Assembly (NCBI GenBank): GCA_965223795.1 | Contig: CBDCXL010000001.1 | Coordinates: 64,001 to 128,000, forward strand | Direction: 5' to 3' | Source: Nitrospinales bacterium | GTDB lineage: Bacteria > Nitrospinota > Nitrospinia > Nitrospinales > VA-1 | Length of the DNA stretch: 64,000 nt | In this document: positions 49,586 through 61,628 of the stretch, one piece after another | Layout of the letters: each line of letters begins with the position of its first letter | How positions within the stretch are numbered: the first letter of the stretch is position 1 | The notes under the pieces: model-generated | What the model saw: only the letters and a program-made list of their open reading frames with translations | Database searches by the model: none | What the model was told of the DNA's origin: nothing | Position numbers and translations under genes: made by a program

Positions 49586-50816
49586 CCGTCTGGCGTTCGT
49601 TCTGGCGCTGTTCGCCCTGTTCGGAATGGTCCGTCCCGTCTCGGCAAAGATCGTCGACCGGGTCATCGCCAAGGTGAACGGAGACATCATCACGTTGAGC
49701 TCCGTCGAGGAGCGGGCGGCGGTCCTCAAGCAGCAGCTCGAGATCACCGGCGAAACGGTGCCGCCGGACAAGGAACTGATCAAAAAGACGCTCGAAAGGA
49801 TCATCGAGGAAAAGCTGCAGCTTCAGGAAGCCAAAAAATCCGGCCTCGAGGTGGACGATGAGGCGGTGCAGAAGGCGCTGGATGAAATCAAGACCAAAAA
49901 CCGCGTCACCGAAGAGCAGCTGGCGCAGATGCTTGAAATCGAGGGGCGGTCCATTGAGCAGTACAAGGACCACATCCGCGACCAGATCCTGGTCTCCAAG
50001 GTCGTCCGTTTTCATATGGGAAGCCAGATCAAGGTCAAGGAAGAGGAGCTCAAGGATTATTACCGCAAGCATCAGAAGGAGTTCTGGGTCCCCAAAAAAC
50101 CGTATGTGCGTCACATCCTGTTCATCACCGAGGACACGTTCACCGAAGAACAGAAGCAGATGAAACGCATCAAGGCGAAATCCGTCCTGAAGCAGATCCA
50201 GGAAGGGGCCGATTTTGAGGAAATGGCGAGGGAGCACTCCGAGGACGTTTCCGCAAGCTCCGGCGGGGATCTGGGACTGGTGGAAAAAGGGACGATGGTT
50301 CCCGAGTTCGAACGGGAAGCGTTCCTGCTGCGACCGGGCGAGGTCAGCAATATCGTGGAATCCCGCTACGGGTTTCACATCATCAAGGTCGAAAAGGTGG
50401 AGCCCGGAGGCACGAAGCCGTATCCGGAAGTGAAGGAAGAGATTAGAAGAAAAATGAGCGTTGAGGTGCAGAAGGACCGTTACGAGGACTGGGTCAACGA
50501 GCTCAAGTCGAACTCGATGATCGAAATCTCGCTGAAGGACGATTCCGATAACAAGGATGCCGAGGCCGTCCACGCCTCCGGTTCCAAATCGCTCAAGATT
50601 CACAATGAAGGGGAGGCGGACGCTTTTTTTGAAGAAGAACAGGAATGGGAAGAAGCTTCGCGCTTCATGCAGAATGAAAGCGCCGGTTCGCAGACAAACG
50701 ACTATTTTGACACTATGGAGAAGCAGTTGAGCCACATCAAGCAATTGCGCCACGAACGAAAAATTTCCGAATCTGAATATCAGAGGCGCAAGCAGCGTCT
50801 GCTGGATCGATTGTGA
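49560..50816 (+). CDS. surA: SurA-like chaperone/PPIase
   Basis: IVDRVIAKVNGDIIT, RHIL, FEEMAREHS, GGDLG, SRYGFHIIKV. Confidence 0.8.
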   Translation: MKSWPKSADRLAFVLALFALFGMVRPVSAKIVDRVIAKVNGDIITLSSVEERAAVLKQQLEITGETVPPDKELIKKTLERIIEEKLQLQEAKKSGLEVDDEAVQKALDEIKTKNRVTEEQLAQMLEIEGRSIEQYKDHIRDQILVSKVVRFHMGSQIKVKEEELKDYYRKHQKEFWVPKKPYVRHILFITEDTFTEEQKQMKRIKAKSVLKQIQEGADFEEMAREHSEDVSASSGGDLGLVEKGTMVPEFEREAFLLRPGEVSNIVESRYGFHIIKVEKVEPGGTKPYPEVKEEIRRKMSVEVQKDRYEDWVNELKSNSMIEISLKDDSDNKDAEAVHASGSKSLKIHNEGEADAFFEEEQEWEEASRFMQNESAGSQTNDYFDTMEKQLSHIKQLRHERKISESEYQRRKQRLLDRL

Positions 50817-50907
50817 TCCGCTGAATTTCCGCCTGCCTCCCCGCGGATTCCCTGCCTTCCAGCCGGACCGGCTGCCCGCATCACGCAACCGGAATGGAAT
50901 CCGAATC

Positions 50908-52317
50908 ATGAATACCCCGTTGCACAAAGCCCAGGCTGCTGTTTCCCGCATGATCGAAAGCGGCGATCACGTGCTGGCCGCGGTGTCGGGCGGCCCCGAC
51001 TCGGTGTGCCTGCTGCACCTTCTGAACCGCATGAAAGAAGCGGGCGGGTTCCGCCTTTCCGTCGCGCACCTCAACCACGGCGTCCGCGGCGCCGAAGCGG
51101 ACGCGGATGCGCGTTTCGTGAAGGCGCTCGCGCAGGACCTCGGGCTTTCCTTTCACGGCGGAAGCTGCGATGCGAAGCGGGAGCGGGAAAAACTCAAAAC
51201 CTCCTTCCAGGATGCCGCGCGCATCCTGCGCAGCCGGTTTCTCGAATCGACGATGCAGCGCATCGGCGCCGACAAGCTGGCGCTCGGGCACACGGCGGAC
51301 GATCAGGCCGAAACGCTGCTCATGCACCTGCTGCGCGGCAGCGGCCTCAAGGGCCTGGGGGGCATGGAGGCAACGCGCGGCGCACTCGTTCGTCCCCTGA
51401 TCGAATGCAGCCGCGAGGAAGTGTTGCAATTTTTGCGCAGCCACGGACATGCATGGCGGACCGATTCCAGCAATCTGGAAACCGACTACCTGCGGAACCG
51501 GATCCGGCTGGAGCTGATCCCTGAACTGGAAAGTTACAACCCCAACGTGCGGGAGCGTCTGTTCGAGACGGCGCGCATCCTGCGCGAGGACGAGTCGCTG
51601 TTGTCCGAATGGACCGAATCCCGGTTCCGGGACTGTGCCCGGCCGGTGGCGGACGGCTTCGAGCTGGACGCGGACGGGTTCGCACGGCTGCATCCGGCCC
51701 TGCAGAAACGGCTGCTGCGCCGGGCGGTCGCCGGGCTCAACGGCAGCACGCGCAAGATCACCGCGCGTCACATCGACGCGGCGCGAAAGCTCATCCTCGA
51801 AGGCGGGGCCGGCAAGGAAATCCATCTGCCGGACGCGATCACGATCCGCAGGGCGCACGCGATTTTCCGGGTGGAGACGAATCCAAGACGCGCCCGTGGC
51901 ATCCAACACAGTACGGATGTGTTTCAGCCCGTCGATCTTGCGATTCCCGGCACCACCGCCTGGCAGGAAGCGGGGATCGCGTTTCAGACACACATTTCCG
52001 CAAGCGGGAAGCCTGATACCCAGGATCCGCATCTCGCCTGCTTTGATTTTGAATCCACAGGAGAATGTGTCCGTGTGCGGACTTTCCGGCCTGGCGACCG
52101 GTTCGTCCCGCTGGGAATGCAGGGCCGAAAAAAGGTGAAATCTTTCTTCATTGATGAGAAAATCCCTAGAGCATTCCGGCGCGCCATCCCCATCTTGACG
52201 ACCGGGACCGGCGATATTATCTGGATTTACGGCAAGCGAATTTCCGAGCGCCACCGGGTGACGGAACGCACGAAGCGTGTTTTATGGATCAAAGGGGTTG
52301 AAATTTCGGGCGTTTAG
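50908..52317 (+). CDS. tilS: tRNA(Ile)-lysidine synthetase
   Basis: SGGPDS, HLNHG, GHTADDQAET, RPL, DSSN, RNRIR. Confidence 0.95.
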   Translation: MNTPLHKAQAAVSRMIESGDHVLAAVSGGPDSVCLLHLLNRMKEAGGFRLSVAHLNHGVRGAEADADARFVKALAQDLGLSFHGGSCDAKREREKLKTSFQDAARILRSRFLESTMQRIGADKLALGHTADDQAETLLMHLLRGSGLKGLGGMEATRGALVRPLIECSREEVLQFLRSHGHAWRTDSSNLETDYLRNRIRLELIPELESYNPNVRERLFETARILREDESLLSEWTESRFRDCARPVADGFELDADGFARLHPALQKRLLRRAVAGLNGSTRKITARHIDAARKLILEGGAGKEIHLPDAITIRRAHAIFRVETNPRRARGIQHSTDVFQPVDLAIPGTTAWQEAGIAFQTHISASGKPDTQDPHLACFDFESTGECVRVRTFRPGDRFVPLGMQGRKKVKSFFIDEKIPRAFRRAIPILTTGTGDIIWIYGKRISERHRVTERTKRVLWIKGVEISGV

Positions 52318-52402
52318 CTGTCGAAGAATCGGCACCCTTCACCTGGCAATTGTGTTAAACTAAAGTTCCGGTTGGAATGATTTTTTTATAAAGGAGAAGG
52401 CT

Positions 52403-54337
<1,935 letters not shown>

Positions 54338-54383
54338 GCGGCACGGCAAGGCGGCAGCGTTTCATCCAGTTAATTGCAAAACC

Positions 54384-54433
54384 AGCTCCATCTCTCAGCA
54401 CGGAAACACCGGCTGGGGGATGGAGTTTTTTTT
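54384..54433 (+). terminator. Probable terminator after ftsH
   Basis: gctccatctctcagc / gctgggggatggagt stem followed by a T tract. Confidence 0.6.
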
Positions 54434-54503
54434 GGCTTGTCCCGCCGCATCTGAGTTACATTAATGCAGTCAATGATCCTGTTATCCGGCTGGGAAAAAA
54501 ATC

Positions 54504-55349
54504 GTGTTCGCTCATTTTGACAACAACCGGAACGGCCGCGCGACCGCCATCATGGGCATCATCAATCTGTCGCCGGATTCGTTTTACGGCAGAAGCCGTG
54601 CCGCTTCGGTGGACGCTGCGGTGAAGCAGGCGGAGACGTTTCTGGAAGAGGGTGCGTCGTATCTGGACATCGGCGCCGAGAGCACCCGGCCGGGTTCGCG
54701 TCCCGTTTCCGAGGATGTGGAAGCGCAGCGCCTGACGCCCGTGGTCGCGCAGATCCGCAAGCGGTTTCAAGCGGTGCCGGTTTCGGTGGACACGTACAAA
54801 CCCTCGGTGGCAGAGCGGGTGCTGGGGGAGGGGGCGTCGATCATCAACGACATCACCGGGCTGCAAAAGCATCCCGCCATGGCGGGGATCGTCAGCCGGT
54901 TCAAGGCGGGGGTGATCCTGATGCACATGCAGGGAACGCCCCGCACCATGCAGGAGCGGCCGGAATACGGCGACCTGATCCGCGACATCGTTGCGTACCT
55001 TGAAAAAAGCATCCGGATTGCGGAGAATGCGGGCATTCCCGCGCAATGCATGATGGTGGACCCCGGCATCGGGTTCGGCAAGCTGCCGGCGCACAACCTG
55101 GAGATCATCCGGCGGCTGCGCGATTTTGCGGTGCTCGGCCGCCCCATCCTGGTGGGCGTGTCGCGCAAATCGTTCATCGGCAAAGTTCTCGACCTGGCGG
55201 TGGACGAGCGGCTGGAAGGCTCGCTGGCGGCGGCGGTGATCGCCGTGATGAACGGCGCCGCGGTGATCCGCACGCACGACGTGGCGGCGACATTTCGGGC
55301 GGTGAAAATGGCCCAGGCAATTCTTAGAATCGAGGAAGGCGTGTCATGA
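54504..55349 (+). CDS. folP: Dihydropteroate synthase
   Basis: MGIINLSPDSF, GAESTRPG, DPGIGFGK, SRKSF, RTHDV. Confidence 0.96.
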   Translation: MFAHFDNNRNGRATAIMGIINLSPDSFYGRSRAASVDAAVKQAETFLEEGASYLDIGAESTRPGSRPVSEDVEAQRLTPVVAQIRKRFQAVPVSVDTYKPSVAERVLGEGASIINDITGLQKHPAMAGIVSRFKAGVILMHMQGTPRTMQERPEYGDLIRDIVAYLEKSIRIAENAGIPAQCMMVDPGIGFGKLPAHNLEIIRRLRDFAVLGRPILVGVSRKSFIGKVLDLAVDERLEGSLAAAVIAVMNGAAVIRTHDVAATFRAVKMAQAILRIEEGVS

Positions 55350-56077
55350 CAAGACTGTTCGTCAATGTGGACCACGTGGCCACGATCCGCGAAGCGCGCA
55401 AGACCACGGAACCAGACCCGGTGGAGGCGGCGCTGCTTGCGGAGAAGGCCGGCGCCGACGGCATCACCGTGCACCTTAGGGAGGACCGCAGGCACATTCA
55501 GGATCACGACCTGAGCCGGATCGCCGCGAAAATAAAAACGCCGCTCAACCTGGAGATGGCTCCGGTCGAAGAGATGGTCGAGATCGCTCTTTCGGAGCGG
55601 CCCTTTCAAGTATCGCTGGTGCCGGAGAAGCGGCAGGAGATCACCACAGAAGGCGGGCTCGACGTCCGCTCCCAGGAAGCGCACCTGGTTTCCATCCGCG
55701 GCCGCATGCAGTCGGCGGGCATCCGCTTCAGCCTGTTCGTGGACCCGGAACCCGGACAGATCGAAGCCTGCCAGCGCATCGGGGCGGACAGCATTGAAAT
55801 CAATACCGGCCCCTACTCGGAACTGAAGGAGACGGCGGCTATCCAGCAAGAGGTCGCAAGGATTCAACGCGCCGCCGCGCAGGCGTCCGGCCTGGGACTC
55901 AAGGTGTTCGCGGGGCACGGGCTCAATCCGCAGAACGTGCGCGCCATCGCCGCCATCCGCGAAATCGAAGAGCTCAACATCGGCCACAACCTGGTGGCGC
56001 GTTCGATCTATCTCGGTATGGAGCGGGCGGTCGCGGAAATGATCCGGGCGATCGCGCAGGCAAACGGCGCGCGATGA
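55346..56077 (+). CDS. pdxJ: Pyridoxine 5'-phosphate synthase
   Basis: VNVDHVATIR, HLREDRRHI, TTEGG, AGHGL, ELNIGH. Confidence 0.97.
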   Translation: MTRLFVNVDHVATIREARKTTEPDPVEAALLAEKAGADGITVHLREDRRHIQDHDLSRIAAKIKTPLNLEMAPVEEMVEIALSERPFQVSLVPEKRQEITTEGGLDVRSQEAHLVSIRGRMQSAGIRFSLFVDPEPGQIEACQRIGADSIEINTGPYSELKETAAIQQEVARIQRAAAQASGLGLKVFAGHGLNPQNVRAIAAIREIEELNIGHNLVARSIYLGMERAVAEMIRAIAQANGAR

Positions 56078-56174
56078 AGGGATGATGCGCGTCTGACATT
56101 TTTTATGGAACGAAGCGGCGAAGTTTGCGTTATAATCTCCATTCATCACCCATCCTTAGTCTGGTATCGATTGA

Positions 56175-56969
56175 ATGCACAAGGGGCGTAAGAACTCCAA
56201 CCTCGCGGAAGACAATATAACTGCGCGCGAAAAGGGCCTTCTGACCGTGCGCGAATTTGAACGGGTCGCTCAGACGTTCAAAACCGTGCTGCTTTACAAG
56301 GAGGACGTCGGCAAATCCCTGGAAAGCGAACGCGACGCGCTGCGGCACAAACTGCGGCAGAATTCGTCCAACCTGGAAACGCTGGACCGCAACATCGAGA
56401 TCTACAAACAGAACTGCGAAAAAGTGCATGCCAATCTCGATCAGCTGGACAAGCAGGAACTGAGAATCCGCGATGAATATGAAAAACTGCTGCGCGGCCC
56501 CCGGCTCGACGGGGTGGACACGGAGCAGGCGAGGAACGCTCTGGACCGGGAAACCCTGTTGCTGCGCCGCGACGACCTCATTGAGAACCTGAAGAAGAAG
56601 TTCAGCAAACTCGATGAGGAACTGTTGACCCTGGAAAACCTGCGCAAAGACCTGAACCGGGCCAGCGAGGAGATCGGCGCGAAAAAGATGGAGGCCTTGA
56701 AGCGCAAGGAGGTTCTGGAAGAGATCAATAAAAAAATCTTCGAGGATGTGCGCCGGGTGGAAAAGGAGCTGGACACGACGGTGCAGGAGGAAGCGATTTT
56801 AGTGGAACAGTTCCAGAAAATGGTGGCCAATGTGGAACGCTGCCTGGAAATGGATGAGAAAACCGACCATGTGCTGTTTTCCTCGCTGACCGCGGCCCAG
56901 ACCTCCGTTCCCAACAACAATCACAATAACAACGCCAACAACGGCAGGACGCGGCAGGAACAGGACTGA
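56175..56969 (+). CDS. Hypothetical coiled-coil protein
   Basis: 264-codon frame rich in E/K/L heptads; Asn-rich tail. Confidence 0.75.
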   Translation: MHKGRKNSNLAEDNITAREKGLLTVREFERVAQTFKTVLLYKEDVGKSLESERDALRHKLRQNSSNLETLDRNIEIYKQNCEKVHANLDQLDKQELRIRDEYEKLLRGPRLDGVDTEQARNALDRETLLLRRDDLIENLKKKFSKLDEELLTLENLRKDLNRASEEIGAKKMEALKRKEVLEEINKKIFEDVRRVEKELDTTVQEEAILVEQFQKMVANVERCLEMDEKTDHVLFSSLTAAQTSVPNNNHNNNANNGRTRQEQD

Positions 56970-57010
56970 AACCGCGCCTGTTTCATCATCTGTAAGGGAA
57001 AAGGTTCCTG

Positions 57011-57039
57011 TTGACTTGAATTTATAAATTTTGCATAAT
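57011..57039 (+). promoter_or_regulatory. Sigma-70 promoter with palindromic spacer
   Basis: ttgact-17 nt-cataat; the spacer holds the perfect palindrome aatttataaatt. Confidence 0.6.
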
Positions 57040-57087
57040 CGGACGAATTTCCGCGCCGGGGGGCGGCTTGAGCCCCGATCGATCAAG

Positions 57088-57115
57088 AGGATACCGTGAG
57101 CGTATCCTTTTTTTT
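57088..57115 (+). terminator. Terminator-like hairpin in the gap leader
   Basis: aggatac-cgtgagc-gtatcct plus T tract. Confidence 0.6.
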
Positions 57116-57262
57116 GACCGAAATTATTTGAAGAATCAGAACTTTTCGTATCTCCCGTCCCGGGATGATCTGTAATCACCGGAACCCAGCATCGATTCCA
57201 CACATCATGGAACCGCTCCATCTTGCAGCAGAGGTGCAGTCCGGACTTTGGAGGTTGACTGC

Positions 57263-58279
<1,017 letters not shown>

Positions 58280-58285
58280 GATGAT

Positions 58286-59044
58286 ATGAGACGACCGATC
58301 ATCGCGGGCAACTGGAAGATGAACCTGCTGCTTCCAGAGGCCGCGGCCCTTGCCGATGAACTGGTTCAGGACGCCGCTCCGCAAAACGTGGACATCGTTG
58401 TGGCGCCTCCGTTCACGGCGTTGGCGCGGGTGGGAGAACGGCTTCAGGGATCGGAGGTTCAGCTTGCCGGGCAAAACATTTATTTTGAATCGAAAGGCGC
58501 GTATACTGGGGAGATTTCCGGTCCCATGCTGATGGATGCGGGCTGCCAATACGTGATCCTGGGACATTCGGAACGCCGGACGTTTTTTTTTGAAGATGAC
58601 GCGCTCATCAACCGGAAGATCTTGGCCGCTCTGAAATTCGGCCTCAAGGTGATCTTCTGTGTCGGGGAAACCCTCAAGCAGCGTGAGGACGGCGCGACCC
58701 GCTTCGTGGTGGAAAACCAGCTTCGCAAAGGGCTGGCGGAACTGACCCCGGAACAGGTAGCGGATCTGGTGATCGCGTATGAGCCCGTCTGGGCCATCGG
58801 CACCGGGCGCAACGCGACCCCGGAGCAGGCGCAGGAAGTGCACCGCTTCTCGCGGGAATTTATTGAGCGTGAATTCGGCAGCCAGGCTGCCGAATCGATC
58901 CGCATTCAGTACGGCGGCAGCGTGAACGCGGACAACAGCGCCGGTCTATTGGGCCAGCAGGACATCGACGGAGCGCTGGTCGGATCGGCCAGCCTGAACG
59001 CGGCGTCGTTTAAAAAAATCATTCAGTCCGCAGTGGGGGACTGA
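58286..59044 (+). CDS. tpiA: Triosephosphate isomerase
   Basis: AGNWKMN, GHSERR, AYEPVWAIGTG, YGGSV. Confidence 0.98.
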   Translation: MRRPIIAGNWKMNLLLPEAAALADELVQDAAPQNVDIVVAPPFTALARVGERLQGSEVQLAGQNIYFESKGAYTGEISGPMLMDAGCQYVILGHSERRTFFFEDDALINRKILAALKFGLKVIFCVGETLKQREDGATRFVVENQLRKGLAELTPEQVADLVIAYEPVWAIGTGRNATPEQAQEVHRFSREFIEREFGSQAAESIRIQYGGSVNADNSAGLLGQQDIDGALVGSASLNAASFKKIIQSAVGD

Positions 59045-59069
59045 AACGAAATGGAGATCGTGAACTAGA

Positions 59070-59399
59070 ATGCATACCCTGTTGACCGTTCTGCATGTGC
59101 TGGGTGCTTTTTTATTGATCATTGTCGTGCTGCTGCAGTCCGGCAAAGGTGCCGCCATGGGCTCCGGACTGGGAGCCGGGAGCAGCCAGACGATGTTCGG
59201 CAGCAGCGGCGCCGGCAATTTCCTCACCAAGATGACCACCGGAATCGCCATATTGTTCATGATCACCTCGCTGGCTCTGGCGACGTTGTCCACGAAAAGG
59301 GAATCGAAATCGATCATGCAGGGTGTGGAGGAACCTCAAAGCGGCAAAGAATCCAAACCTGTGCCCGCACCCCAAGAAGCCGGCGATAAAAAGGAATGA
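59070..59399 (+). CDS. secG: Preprotein translocase subunit SecG
   Basis: [22 protein letters not shown]; follows tpiA. Confidence 0.95.
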   Translation: MHTLLTVLHVLGAFLLIIVVLLQSGKGAAMGSGLGAGSSQTMFGSSGAGNFLTKMTTGIAILFMITSLALATLSTKRESKSIMQGVEEPQSGKESKPVPAPQEAGDKKE

Positions 59400-59416
59400 T
59401 GCGTACAACCAAGTGT

Positions 59417-59498
59417 GCCGATGTGGTGGAACTGGTAGACACGTGCGCTTGAGGGGCGTATGGAGCGATCCGTGGGAGTTCGAATCTCCCCATCGGCA
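59417..59498 (+). tRNA. tRNA-Leu (anticodon GAG)
   Basis: Acceptor stem gccgatg/catcggc, D arm tggtggaactggtagacac, anticodon loop ttGAGgg, long variable arm, gttcgaat T loop; CCA not encoded. Confidence 0.95.
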
Positions 59499-59634
59499 TT
59501 CTCCTCTTTTCAGAGCGGGGGACGCGCATCCAAATCGATTGAACTTGTATCGCTGTAAAACCTGACCCGCGGTTTCCTTCCCCGGCCGTTTCGGCGGCAT
59601 CCACTCTAAACACTCGAACCATTCGGGCGCAAAG

Positions 59635-60636
59635 ATGCCAGGTGAAAAAAACTCATCCAGCGAATTTCAGGAACGGATCTCCCGTCTTTTGCTTGTCTGC
59701 ATCGATGGCATGAAAGGCCTCCTCACCCGGGAGGACGCGCTGTATTCGACGCTGAACAAGCTGGGGGAGGTGGTGAAAAAGGCCACCCGCCCCAAACCGG
59801 TGACGGGCATCGGCAAGGACATCGAGGACTATTACACCCGGCTCAAGCTGGAAACGAGTTTCCAGGAAACCAAAAACGAAACGGTCAAGCAGATCGTCGT
59901 CAATCTATCAGCGACACTCAAAGAGATGGTTTCCGCCAGCGGCGATTTCGACGCGAGCATGCAGAAATCCATCGAAAAGATCCAGGCGGCGGGAGACATT
60001 CAGGACATTCTTGCACTCAAGGACGCGATCGTGGGCGAGATCAACCGGGTCCGGGCCGGGTCGCAGTCTTTGAAAAAGGAGCTGGAGCAGTTCCGCAAAT
60101 CGACGCAGACGCTGTCGTCGCGGCTGGAACAGACCGAAGCCAAAGCCCTGGTGGACACGCTGACCAATGTGCTCAACCGCAACGCGTACAATCTCAAGAT
60201 CACGCAGATGATCGTCGAGTTCGCCAGAATGAAAGACACCTTCTGCCTGTTCGTGGTCGATATCGACAAATTCAAACAGTTCAACGACACCTACGGGCAC
60301 AAGTCGGGGGACCTCGTTCTTCGGACCGTGGCCTCGGCGATTCAGAGCAACCTGCGCGCGTCGGACCTCGTGTTCCGCTACGGCGGCGAGGAGTTTGTGG
60401 TTCTGTTGCAGGGGGTCCACCTGGACCAGGCCAAACGGCTGGGTGAAAAAATCCGCGCCAGCGTGGAGAAAGAGTATTTCGTGGACAAAGAGAACAAGAT
60501 CCGGGTCACCGTGAGCATCGGGGTGGCGCAGGTGATGGAAGGGGACACGGAACAGTCGCTGTTCGAGCGGGCCGACCAGGCGATGTACGCGGCCAAGAAG
60601 AAGGGCCGAAACCGGGTGGAACTGATCGCCCCATGA
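59635..60636 (+). CDS. Diguanylate cyclase (GGDEF domain)
   Basis: DTLT..NR, DIDKFKQFNDTYGH, RASD I-site, RYGGEEF, ADQAMY. Confidence 0.93.
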   Translation: MPGEKNSSSEFQERISRLLLVCIDGMKGLLTREDALYSTLNKLGEVVKKATRPKPVTGIGKDIEDYYTRLKLETSFQETKNETVKQIVVNLSATLKEMVSASGDFDASMQKSIEKIQAAGDIQDILALKDAIVGEINRVRAGSQSLKKELEQFRKSTQTLSSRLEQTEAKALVDTLTNVLNRNAYNLKITQMIVEFARMKDTFCLFVVDIDKFKQFNDTYGHKSGDLVLRTVASAIQSNLRASDLVFRYGGEEFVVLLQGVHLDQAKRLGEKIRASVEKEYFVDKENKIRVTVSIGVAQVMEGDTEQSLFERADQAMYAAKKKGRNRVELIAP

Positions 60637-60647
60637 CCGGATGAAGC

Positions 60648-61025
60648 ATGACGGGCGATAGCAAAGAGCAGGTGCTCGGGCACAGCCGGGCGTGGATCGA
60701 CAGTTTCAACCGCGGCGACGTCGATGCCTGTGTGGCGGCGTACCGGCCCGGCGCGGTGATCAACGCCAAACCTCTGGGAACGTTTAAGGGCCGGGATGAG
60801 ATCGACGGCTTCTGGCGTCCTTTCATGCAGTCCGGCGCCGGGGATCTCAAGTACAGCGACGTCCGGCTCGAAGTGATCGATGCGGACACGGTGCACCTTG
60901 CGGCGAACTGGTCGATGAACGTGGGAAGGGGCGTCATCACCCTGGAAAAATGGGTGCGGGAAGCGGATGGAATCTGGCATCTCGCACAGGATGACTTCGA
61001 GATCCAGGAACGTTTCGAATCCTGA
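60648..61025 (+). CDS. NTF2/SnoaL-like protein
   Basis: FNRGDVDACVAAY, GRDEIDGFW, W..DGIW. Confidence 0.75.
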   Translation: MTGDSKEQVLGHSRAWIDSFNRGDVDACVAAYRPGAVINAKPLGTFKGRDEIDGFWRPFMQSGAGDLKYSDVRLEVIDADTVHLAANWSMNVGRGVITLEKWVREADGIWHLAQDDFEIQERFES

Positions 61026-61125
61026 GTGCATTGCAGAAAGACCGCAGCCGAATCCGGCGGGCAAACGCCCGGACCGCCAATGGTAAATAACAAAATATGT
61101 GACCGGGCCGGTTCCCGCTTTCTCC

Positions 61126-61482
61126 ATGCAGGAAAACACACTTGAGGGATTGTTCTTAAATCCGGGGTTCATCTCGGTCTTCGTCGTCATTCTCATCACG
61201 ATCGGCAACATCATGATCGGGGTGAGCATGCTTCCCCGCGACAAACGCAAAACCCGCTACCGGTTGCATAAGAATATCTATTTTGTCGTCCTCGCCTGTT
61301 TCGCGGCGCACCTGGGCATCAATTTTTCTCAGGATCGGAACACCTGGTTCCACTACGCCGTCTTTGTCTATTTCCTGGCGGTGATCCCGCTCAGTCCCCG
61401 CTCCAACGAAACGCTGCACGCGATCCTCGCCTCGGTGGGGCTGGTGCTGCTCACCGCCCTGGCGACGCTCAATCTCGCTTGA
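61126..61482 (+). CDS. Hypothetical membrane protein (four TM)
   Basis: Four hydrophobic segments with several His; start uncertain (61099 or 61126). Confidence 0.7.
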   Translation: MQENTLEGLFLNPGFISVFVVILITIGNIMIGVSMLPRDKRKTRYRLHKNIYFVVLACFAAHLGINFSQDRNTWFHYAVFVYFLAVIPLSPRSNETLHAILASVGLVLLTALATLNLA

Positions 61483-61628
61483 CGAAATTATAATAAAGCT
61501 ATAGAAATCAATTATTTATGATTTCAACGGCAGCGGAGGCCGGGCTCTAAAATTCAGCGTTGCCGAGATTGCGGTGGCGTGGAAGAGTGTGCTTTAATGA
61601 TGGTGTAACGCATCCCTAAAAGGAAATC

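Noticed and set aside
59417..61482. tRNA-Leu as an integration site for the downstream genes
   Set aside because: No integrase, no duplicated tRNA 3' end seen, and downstream genes have host-like composition
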